The position numbers and the translations under genes are program-made. From the NCBI RefSeq assembly GCF_902459465.1, contig NC_047072.1, positions 12,214,001 to 12,278,000 on the forward strand: a stretch of DNA of 64,000 nucleotides, read 5' to 3'. The notes under the pieces were generated by a model. The model saw only the letters and a program-made list of their open reading frames with translations, had not been told where the DNA came from and searched no databases. This document shows, piece after piece, positions 34,995 through 45,152 of the stretch. Position 1 is the first letter of the stretch; the number at the start of each line of letters is the position of its first letter. The DNA comes from Asterias rubens. Taxonomy: Eukaryota.

Positions 34995-36028
34995 AATTCT
35001 CCAAAAATCAATTACCATAAAAACTGACTTGGCAAAAAGCATTGGAGAGCCATTCCTATTACAACACATTGTTAAAGCAACGACACCCTCTGAAGTTGTG
35101 ATGTAGTTTTTAGAGGGGTAATTCCCCCTCCCCCCCAAAAAATAAAAAAATAAATAAATAAATAATAATGATAATAATTTAAATCTGAAGAAGGCTTCAG
35201 CCATGAAGCCTTCCTCAGTTATCTGAAAACACACAATTCTATGCAATGAGGGTGGTATCTCTTTCTTTACTTTTGCAACTTCGGTATTACCGTTTGAGCC
35301 CAACCGCTCACAGGTTGGTTATTTGTTATGTTGGACACACCAACTGATTAGGGTACTGGTCTTTGACAGAATACCAAAAGTGTCCTGCCTTTAAATTGAA
35401 GAAGTTGTTTTTATTTAAAATACTGTGTAATGACTTAAAGGCACTGGACACTCAAAAAGAATTAGTATACAAACTTTTTAATGTTTGCGATAGAGGTAAT
35501 TTCTCACTCAAATAACAAAAGACTTCAGCTGAAGACTGTTATTATGCATGTACGCAAAACGATGCAACAAGGTTGTTTTTTCTTTCATTATTCTCTTGCA
35601 AATTCGATGACCAATTGAGCCCAAATTTGGAAAAACACTAAGTAGAATACTGGTCCTTGACAATAACAAAACGTGCCCAGTGCCTTTAATGACGTACGCA
35701 ATCTTGGACGAAATGTGATATGATGCTTATGAACAAGCTGCATTAAAGGCAGTGGACACTATTGGTAATCACTCAAAATAATTATTAGCATAAAACCTTT
35801 CTTGATTACAAGTAATGGGGAGAGGTTGATAGTATACAACATTGAGAGAAACAGCTCCCTCTGAAGTGACGTAGTTTTCGAGAAAGAAGTAATTTCCACG
35901 AATTTGATTTCAAAACCTCAGATTTAGAGTTTGAGGTCTCAAAATCAAGCATCTGAAAGATACTGTTGAGATACACAAAGTGAGAAGACTGGTCTTTGAC
36001 AATTACCAATAGTGTCCATTGTCTTTTA
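34995..36028 (+). mobile_element. Three adjacent degenerate family A MITEs (about 34995-35394, 35435-35689, 35743-36028)
   Basis: TTAA-AGGCA(C/G)TGGACAC and GCCT-TTAA ends with family A internal blocks. Confidence 0.7.
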
Positions 36029-37044
36029 GTTATTTCTGTTCGATTTTTGAAGGAAAACTTTACAAAAAATATGCAGTTTGACATTGAGAAAATACCAAGT
36101 TGTTGCCAAAAAGCACACTTAAACTTTGTGTTCATTTACTTGTTCATATCATCTTGTCATGAAAGAAAAAATGTTTGTTTGTTTGTTTGTTAGGGTTTTT
36201 GTTTGTTTGTGTGAATTTACTCGTGATGATTATATTTTTTACTACTTACTATGAAACTTTATAATTATCCAGTAAGTTCAATAAAAGACTTGACATTTAC
36301 AATAAATCATTTAATCATATTATGTAAATATTTTGTTATCTGACGAGTAAAGTTTCCATGGCTTACCAGTTTTATAACAATGAGACTTTGGATATTTGAT
36401 TGGATTGACCCATAATGTTCATCTCTATTGATGAAGACAGGAATCACGACAACAGTCAGGGTTCGAGGTAACCCCCCCCCCCCCCCCCCGACATCTCACA
36501 AAACCACATCTTCTTACAGATACTATTTTTATTTTATTTATCTTTCTATTATTCTCAAATGGCGCACCCAGGATTATGTGTTTGTTTGTTTTTTAGATTT
36601 TTTTGTTGTTGGGGGGGGGGGGGGGGGGTGGCTCGAACAAATTTATTGGGTGGGGTCCAGGGGCCGGCCTTACGGAGCTCTGAGCTTTCTGGCGTTATGG
36701 GGGTGAAAAATCAAGCCTCTTTATGCATAAATTTAGAAGACTAACATACTTTTTAAGTACTTCTGATTCATATAAATGTATCGTCTATAATTACGAACTG
36801 CAAAAATCAGTCAATAATTCAGCAAAGGTTATTGTTTTAAATTATAGTATTGCTGCGGACATGGTTGATAAGAGAACATTATAGGCGGTGCTACCTACTT
36901 TTCATCACTGGGCGGCAAATTCCATGAATAAGGAGGCGGCAAACCCAGAACCTACAGATAAACCTTTGTTTTGCGAAAGTGGTGTCGCATAATAATAATT
37001 TTTATCTGTTATTTTTCTAATGATTACTGTTCAAAAATGAAATT

Positions 37045-37151
37045 CAAAAAATAGTTAATGGCCTGACGTTTCGACCCTAGCAGAGTCTTTCTCGAAGCCT
37101 TCGAGAAAGACTCTGCTAGGGTCGAAACGTCAGGCCATTAACTATTTTTTG
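37045..37151. repeat. Perfect palindrome, 53-bp arms, 1-nt spacer
   Basis: CAAAAAATAGTTAATGGCCTGACGTTTCGACCCTAGCAGAGTCTTTCTCGAAG-C-reverse complement. Confidence 0.92.
37097..37135 (+). ncRNA. Minimal type I hammerhead-ribozyme-like motif (Penelope-type)
   Basis: Stem I GCCU/AGGC, core UCGAGAA(+A), stem II GACUC/GGGUC, GAAA, palindromic stem III ACGU, predicted GUC cleavage after 37131. Core position 4 is C rather than the canonical U. Confidence 0.55.
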
Positions 37152-38246
37152 CATTTATACTCTCGGTCGATTTGGTTGGTAAGTTGTTTGCAACAGCTAA
37201 TTCTATTTTCTCAAAAATGAAATTATAACTTTAAACAGGGCCTAAATGTGATGTGTAATTTGTTAAGGGTAGGATTGCAGACCTTTTAATCCCTGAACAT
37301 AGCCGACTAAAATGAAAAATCTGGACAAGAAGCATTGCGTGGTGATCAACATTCGATCGGGACGGTCGGTATCTGGTTTCATGCATATTCAGTAAAAACA
37401 TCGCGGGTAAAAAAACATTACTATCCGGCGTTTCTCAAATTTAAGTGTAGTACAAGAACACCATTGAATGCCAGAGCGACCAAGAACGACGTGAGATATA
37501 TTTTATCCTGGACAACGGGTTTCAAATGCTTAATATGTTATTGTTGCAAGTTTACACAATTACAAGAGAGTTGTCATAAGATCATTGCATAAGATGTGTT
37601 CAAAATCTTTCACCTCGCACCTCGCGTTATCGAATATCCCAGATAAAAGAGTTATTTTGGCAGGGGAAAAAAATGCGAATGGCAAAGGAAGAAAAGAAAA
37701 TACTTCCACCGGAAATAAAAACCAAAAACTACACACGCATTTGCGACTTTTCTCCCTCGGCTCTTTTTTCCTTTCCCCGCCTCCCCTCCCCCTTCCCTCT
37801 TTCTCCCCCATTTTTTCCTTTTTCTTTTGGGTGACCCTCTTGGGGGGGGGGGGGGGGGGGGCTCAAGCCCCCCGAGGCCCCCCCCCCCCCTTGGGTGCGC
37901 CGTTGATTATTCTACAAGCAGCCTTGATTGTTGAATTCCTACAATTTGTCAGTTGTGCGATACAAATTCTGGTTTTACATTAACGGACTCATAACTGGAA
38001 CAAAACTGTCTATTATTCTAATTGACAGTTATTATGAACATAATCTCAATTTGAATATAGGCCTACAACGTTAAATATCCAATTACCACCATGTGAAACA
38101 GTCAAAGTAATTATCATAATTGTAATTAAATGGCATTTCATTAGTTGTTGTGAATGGCAAAAACTACATTAAAGGGAATGTTTACGTCTGGTAATCACTC
38201 TTAAAATTAATGGGAACAAAACCCTTTGTTTAAAATCCTACAACGT

Positions 38247-38602
38247 TTAAAGGCAGTGGACACTATTGGTAATTACTCAAAATAATTGTTAGCATAAAAG
38301 CTACTTTTGTTACAAGTAATGGAGAGCTATTGATAGTATAAAACATTGCGAGAAACGGCTCCCTCTGAAGTAACGTAGTTTTCGAGAAAGAGGAAATTTT
38401 CCACGGATTTGATTTCGAGACCTCAGATTTAGAATTTGAGGTCTCGAAATCAAGCATCTGAAAGCACACGACCTTGTGTAACATGGATTTCTTTTCTTTT
38501 ATTATTATCTGACAACTTTGAAGAGTGATTGAGCTCAAATGTTTGCAGGTTTGTTATTTTATACATATGTTGAGATCCACCAAGTGAGAAGACTGGTCTT
38601 TA
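38247..38602 (+). mobile_element. MITE family A copy, right end truncated
   Basis: TTAA-AGGCAGTGGACACTATTGGTAATT start and full body. Confidence 0.85.
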
Positions 38603-38890
38603 ATAGTATAAAGCATTTTGAGAAACAATTTCACTTCAAAGTTATGTGGTTATGTACAAAGAAAACAGTTATTATGCCACAAGATTTGAAGCTGAGAAGC
38701 AGTATAACAGTATTTCTTTTAGGGGGCTGTACTCTTCTTCTGCGTCGACATAATATTCGCTCCGGATTTTCTGCGATATCTCAAAAACGAGACCACCATT
38801 TGAAATAACAATTTCGGATATAAGTTATATTGTGCACATCTAGGATTAAAACAATCAAACAGTTCTAAAAACAAAAAATATACTTTGCCT

Positions 38891-39624
38891 CTAAAAGCAC
38901 TGAACCCCTTCGGTAATGTCACAAGACTAGCATTCTCATTTTGTTGGTGTATTAAAACATATTGCCCAATTTGGACTCATTTGGTCATCAGAGTTACAAG
39001 AGAATAATTAAAGAAAAAAACACCCCCGTTGCATTAAAGGAACATGTTGCCTTGGATCGGTCGAGTTGGTCTTTTAAAAGCGTTCTGTAACCGTTTGTTA
39101 TAAAATGCATATGGGTAGAAAGATGTTGTAAAAGTAAAATACAATGATCTACACAAATATGCCTTGAAATTGCGTGGTTTTATTATTACCTCGTCGACTA
39201 ACACGGGAGTCAAATTTTTGACTCCCATAAAAGGCGACCGTGTTAGTTCGCGACGTAAAAGGAAAACCGTGCTATTTTGAGTTAAAATGTGGATCATTGT
39301 ATTCTACTTTTAAAACATCTTTCCAACCATATGCATTTCATAACAAACGCTTTTTATAGACCAACTCTCCCGATCCAAGGCAACGTGTTCCTTTAATGTG
39401 TGCGCATTCAGATGCTCACCAAAAAATATTAAAATAAATCAGGCCTTGCCTTTTAGTATTTGAGTATAAAATTACTTCTTTCTCAAAAACTACGTTACTT
39501 CAGAGGGAACCGTTTCTCACAATGTTGTATATACTATCAACAGCTCTCCATTACTCGTTACAAAGTAAGGTTTTATGCTAACAGTTTTTTTTGAGTAATT
39601 ACCAATAGTGTCCAGTGCCTTTAA
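38891..39624 (-). mobile_element. Diverged family A MITE split by a nested family B MITE
   Basis: Host halves 38891-39033 and 39397-39624; the latter ends CCAATAGTGTCCAGTGCCT-TTAA. Confidence 0.75.
39034..39396. mobile_element. MITE family B copy with intact TTAA TSDs
   Basis: TTAA-AGGAACATGTTGCCTTGGATCGG ... CCGATCCAAGGCAACGTGTTCCT-TTAA. Confidence 0.88.
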
Positions 39625-42600
39625 GAGAGCACCCAAATCAATCAATGTCTGAACGGATTATTGTGTTGGACAGGTGTTAGATCGTCTCCATGGCAACAGG
39701 ACAGTAGATGGACCTTCATAAGTGATTTGATTAAAATATTATGTTTCAAGTCTTTATATAGGGATTATGATTAATGGTGCTGGTTTGATTAATTCACGTT
39801 TTGGGGAAGTCAAACGTAACTGTTTTTGTGTTGATCAAACAAGTAATGTCACGAAGACAGACCCACACTTGGTTTACTGACAGAATATTTTGTATTAATT
39901 TAAAGGGGAAGTAATACATTTTGTTCGACCGTTTGATTGTTTTAATCCCATTACACACTAAAACAACATTTGAAACATTTTCTAGATATCGCCGAAAATT
40001 TAACAATCATTTGTTATTGTTACACAATATCTGAGATACGTTACTGTCGGTATCGCTTCTCATATTCACATTTTTAGGGGGGAACTGGTTTATATTTCCG
40101 ATCACAATACTGAGTGAAACGTTTCTCAAAAATTACTCATACATTCGAAAGATGATGTATTATCTAACCAATTCATTTTGTATCGCCAATAATTTTGAGA
40201 TTACCAAACGCACTTATTCCCTTTAAATTGTGTTAGTATTTTATTATTCAATTTTATTTTGTCACCCCCACCATGGTGTGTACAATCTTGAAGTTGGAAC
40301 TGTCGGCAGTATGTTGACAAAGGAATTGCCAACATATGGAAGGGTTGTTCATGTACTTTGTTTATTCTGGGCCCTTTTTGTCAGGCAAAAATACTGCACT
40401 GGTCATGTTGTAGGAAATTTAACATTAGGTATAAGAAATTCCACATAAAAAGTAACGAATTATCAAAAGTAACGGCTGAACAAAGTCTTTGAGATGTGCT
40501 AGTTTTCCTGACGTCAAAAGTTGGCACAAAAGAGACGATACTTTCTCCATAAAATATTACCTGATGGAAGTCTTGCTCTGTGGCTCCTTTTGTAAATATT
40601 TATGACATACACAACATAAACCAAAGTGAGACCCAATTGTCACATTTTATAGATTCCTTAAAAAAAAAGATAAACATAAGCCCTTCACCATAGGGTGTAA
40701 ACATAGAACTATTTTTTCCCTGCCAACATAGTTACATTGGTTTTGTTTTAACACAAAACCACGTTAACTTTGATTTCGTAGACATCTATAATGTTTGACA
40801 ACACCCATTGTGGTATCAATTTTAACACCCCAGTTGTTGCCAATTTACCGCGCCACCCCCGGACTCACCACTAAACCAGAAACATAGGACAAAGTGTCCA
40901 TTATGCAAAATAACTGTATAGAGTATATGCAACAATTGGTATTTTTGATACTGGTAAATTGTATTGAATACTCCAAGCTATAGCCCAAAGCTATAGACTA
41001 TAAAACTAGAACCCATACACGTATAGTTTGTGTTCATAAACTGTCATCATAACTTGAAGCAGCAAACAAAGCAGTTATAAGAACAACAGTTCAGTTTTTT
41101 TTTTTTTAGCAAAACAAAAATTCAGTACAAAGATGAATGGTGGAGCCTATAAACATAGTGTCTGTCACTCGTATGGTTTTACATGTCTAGCAACTGAATA
41201 GTGGTTTAGCGTTCAGCCGTGACCTCCATTTTGCAAACAGCCAAGCCCAAATCCCACCGCCTTGGTTGTCGTTTCCAAAGCCAAAATCAAACCAATTATT
41301 ATTCAAATGAGCTCTTTAAAAAAAAAACGACTAAAAAGTAGGAGGTTATAAGTTTGCCATATTTGGTAGCATACGAAATACACCTTTTGTTGCGTCGTGA
41401 ATAATGTCACGTCCCATGAAGTACAATTGCCCGGTCGACCGAGAAAGAAGCAGACCCACTCCACTTTGTCTATTTTATGAAAATATTTGTAGCCATTGTG
41501 CCCTGACATAGCCTATGCCAGAGTAGGTCGAACCCGATTGAAATAGGAATCTGAGTAATATATTTTCTTTTGGAGGTAAAAACGAAAACAAGTTTTGCGC
41601 AATGTTGGTTAAAGCTACCTGTCCCAATTTGGTGTTTGAAGTTTGTACAACTTTGTTCATGGTCAAAGCGGTATAGATGTTAAATTATCCAAGTGAATTT
41701 CAATTGTACCATTTGACGTGAATTTATACCCAAAAACTTTAAATAATGGCACCACTTTTTAGAACTTGTAAAACCACCATTGACGTCGGCCTATTCCCAT
41801 TAAAAACTCCCATTTATAAATAAAGTAACCAAACAACCGATTTCGTGATTTACCTAAATTTTCAAAACTTTTTTCGAAATATTTGTTTTATAGAAAAGAC
41901 GAAGTATAAGGTATTCTGTAAAGAGCTAACAACATATATGTCGCAAACAGTGTTCATGTTTTGTGTGCTCAAATTACATGCAATATCATTTTGGTTTTCA
42001 TTTGTTGTGTTAGTCAGGAGAAATAAGTGAAAACCCTAACATATTATTTTCTGAATGTAAACACATTGTCCTTAATACTTCGGTTGTTACAACCGAAATC
42101 TGCTGTTGTGTTTTGCAGGTCTTCAGCAACAGTTTTTTTTTTTTAAGTATGACTTCATTTTAATTGGGAAATATTTCACAGACAAAATGCTTTCATTATC
42201 AACTTTCTACTCAGTAAGTTTCAGACTAAAATTAAACAATTCATCCTCACCAATGTGGTGAAATGGCTTTTACGTAACTTTATTTTAATGAAACTTTTCG
42301 GCACGGGTGTTGCCCCAGTACAGTGTCTATACCTAAAAAAAAGACCATTGGCTGATGTTTTTGTCTGGTCTCGGAGATGAACCAAAATATATTCAGTTTT
42401 GTTTTTCTTTTAATACAAATATTTCAGGAGACATTTTCCTGTTTGGTTGCTTGAATGGCATCTTAAAACAAATTACTGTTCTTTTTTGGAGCTTGGACAA
42501 AATTTGAGACATGTAACTTATCCGTTGTTATCTTTTTGAAGAGAGTGGACGATAATAAATGAATTATCGAATGCTGTTGAATTGTTTTCAGTTGCAGTGT

Positions 42601-43508
42601 ATACATATTATTTGTTTAATAGTGCGATTTGATGTAACTTGAAATTTTATAACAACTTTATTATTACTTGTACACTGTATTCATTACTTTCAGGAGTATA
42701 CGGTGCTTAACATACATCGTATTGTATGGGTAAAATCACATAAAGTTCTTCACACCGATGCAAATTTAGGATCTTTTATTGTTGTTTGACCCTGTGAATG
42801 AATAAGTGAAATGTTATCAGGTGCCACTTGTTGCATTTTTTATTCCTAAAAATTACACATTAAGAAACCATATAAACTGAAATGTTTTGAATGATTTTAT
42901 CTTTAACTGTTAGCAAAAACACACCCGAGGATATTTTCGTGACGTATACCATAAATATTCACGACTTCTTTGTGTCCCCAAATGCAAATAGAAAGTCTTT
43001 TTGATATCGGGGCTGAACTGGAGGACACTCGACCAGTCCTTGTATATCCTAATGAATTATTCATAAGATCTTTGTGTTCTCATTCCTGTATACACCTGGA
43101 TAATGGCTGACTGGCTACGCACTAAGCCGTCCGCACTGAACCCATTGTGAAAGTGATGACTAGTGAAAGACAGTCTGGCCTCGTCCTCAAGGTGACGTCA
43201 TCGTGTAACCGCCTCTGACTGTATCATGCATAGTAGTGTATTGGTACCGCCTCGTCAAACGCTAAACCTACAGGTGGACGTCGTAAAAGCAGTATTGTTC
43301 TGCGAGGAGGAAATCAAGAAAGTGAAAAATATATATACACTTCTCAAGATGACCATATCTTCATCCATGACAGATGATACACGCTGAAACATCAAAAAAG
43401 TGAGTTTTAAATGCAGCATACTCTGATCGATAAACTGATATCAGGAGTCAATTGTGGTGTGTGTGTATGTAACTGTTGCTGGAGTGGTATACGGTTTTGA
43501 CAATGAAA

Positions 43509-45152
43509 ATGGCTTCTCGCTGGCTTTACGTTGCTGTATTGATCACAACTCTTGGCAGTTTACCGTTAATTACAGCACAGTTGTTTATGGTTGAACCGAG
43601 GGATGCTGAAATTATGCTCAACGACAGCGTGACAATGCGGTGTACGATAACATACCAACCTGATGCCACTGTGTTCTGGTCCACCCCCGGTGCTTCGACT
43701 CTCATCGGGGCTACCACTCCTCTAGAAAACCTCGAGGGTCGATTCTCCATAATTAACGGCCAGAGCGGGGAGAATAACCTGGTGATAAATAAAGTTCTTC
43801 CGCGGGATAGCGGTCCTTATGTCTGTATCGTCATTATAGCCAACGGTTTCGAAACAACTCGGTTCGAATCTGAAACTGGAACCTTAAGGGTTGTTCAAGT
43901 GCCCGAGAGTGGGGATACAGTGTGCTGGACGGAACAAGGGAGAATGGCTAGTGTTGGGGACCCCATATCCCTCAAATGTGCCTCGAGCGACCCCACTGTG
44001 AGCTTGACGTGGTTTGTTGGGGACGTGGATCTGAGTTCTTCTCCCGTGAGTATTTCCCCAAGAGGGACAGGGATCGAGACTGAATTCCTCGCCCAGTCCC
44101 AGACCAATTTGAAGACGTACACATGCCAGCCGAATAGTGGAGACTACACCCCATGTTCTGTGACTCTAGAGGTGCAGCATCCACCAGTTGTGCTCATTGA
44201 GGAAGAAGGAGTTATCGAGACCGGACTTGATGCCAGATTCAAGTGCATGGCTACGGGAAACCCGGATAACTTTGCCTTTATTTGGCACTACAACGGCTAC
44301 CAGGTTGGGTTCGAAGAACATTCTAGGTTCAACAGGGCTAGACTTGAATCCAGCGGCTCTGTTCTGGTGCTACCGGGTTTGGAAGATGCTGATAATAATG
44401 TGACGCTACAGTGCGAAGCTGTTAATGCTCTGGGTTCTGAGAAAGCGACGCATGTGATAAACGCACGGGCCGGTAAGACTCTGGCGCAGGTCATCGGTCC
44501 GATCATCTTGGGCATCATCCTCGGACTTGTGCTCATCGTCTTGTTCCTGTACTTCCTCTGGTGGCGAAGACAGCGTATCAAAGTCGAGGAAATCACCAAG
44601 AAGAACAAGAGTGTGAAGAGGAGCGACTCCCGACGCACAGAGGTGCCTTCGGTTGACACGGGCATCGTCTACACACAGACCGTGGGTGGATTCGGCAGTC
44701 GGTACGGGAAGAAAAACGCGTCCAACGGCGACCTGGCACGCTCGGGACTCGATCTGGAGTCTGTCGGCTACGGGCCGGATGTCACCAATATCCCTGCCTA
44801 TAGGGCAACGGCTGAAGAGGAGAAAGAAGACGACGGGGCACTGAGGCCGATTCCAAGAAAGAAGAGCACTTCATCTCTGTCATCAATGGCGGCAACTAAC
44901 CATCCATCGTCATCAACAACTGCAGACGATGCTAGTCTCATCAGCCCAAAGGACGAGTCGTCGGCTTTCACCTACCATGTCAATCCACATTTCGAGGACT
45001 ATCGCTTCCCTCCAATCGAGAGCCAATCCGAAAATGATTTTGGTTCGGACGAGAAGAAGGAAAAACTGCAAAATCGCAATATCGAACCCGAAACCCCCGA
45101 CACAAACTTCCATAGCGGTGATGATGATAATATTATTAGCACTGAGTTGTAA
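43509..45152 (+). CDS. Ig-superfamily type I membrane protein 5 (three Ig domains, TM, tail ending in class I PDZ ligand STEL), about 547 aa, single coding exon
   Basis: AAAATGG start (alternative ATG at 43503) and signal peptide. DSGPYVC; CASSDPTVSLTW...YTC; CMATGNP...W...LQC; TM VIGPIILGIILGLVLIVLFLYFLWW followed by RRQR. Confidence 0.92.
   Translation: MASRWLYVAVLITTLGSLPLITAQLFMVEPRDAEIMLNDSVTMRCTITYQPDATVFWSTPGASTLIGATTPLENLEGRFSIINGQSGENNLVINKVLPRDSGPYVCIVIIANGFETTRFESETGTLRVVQVPESGDTVCWTEQGRMASVGDPISLKCASSDPTVSLTWFVGDVDLSSSPVSISPRGTGIETEFLAQSQTNLKTYTCQPNSGDYTPCSVTLEVQHPPVVLIEEEGVIETGLDARFKCMATGNPDNFAFIWHYNGYQVGFEEHSRFNRARLESSGSVLVLPGLEDADNNVTLQCEAVNALGSEKATHVINARAGKTLAQVIGPIILGIILGLVLIVLFLYFLWWRRQRIKVEEITKKNKSVKRSDSRRTEVPSVDTGIVYTQTVGGFGSRYGKKNASNGDLARSGLDLESVGYGPDVTNIPAYRATAEEEKEDDGALRPIPRKKSTSSLSSMAATNHPSSSTTADDASLISPKDESSAFTYHVNPHFEDYRFPPIESQSENDFGSDEKKEKLQNRNIEPETPDTNFHSGDDDNIISTEL

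Larger units (their letters stand above)
36556..37905. mobile_element. Non-autonomous hAT-like element, 1350 bp, with exact 8-bp TSD
   Basis: ATTATTCT (36548-36555) - CAAATGGCGCACCCAGG ... CCTTGGGTGCGCCGTTG - ATTATTCT (37906-37913); G/C runs lie just inside both ends. Confidence 0.8.

Noticed and set aside
36428-36465. Possible small exon ending in GAG-GTAA
   Set aside because: No upstream acceptor gives an open frame; all three frames from the nearest AG hit stops.
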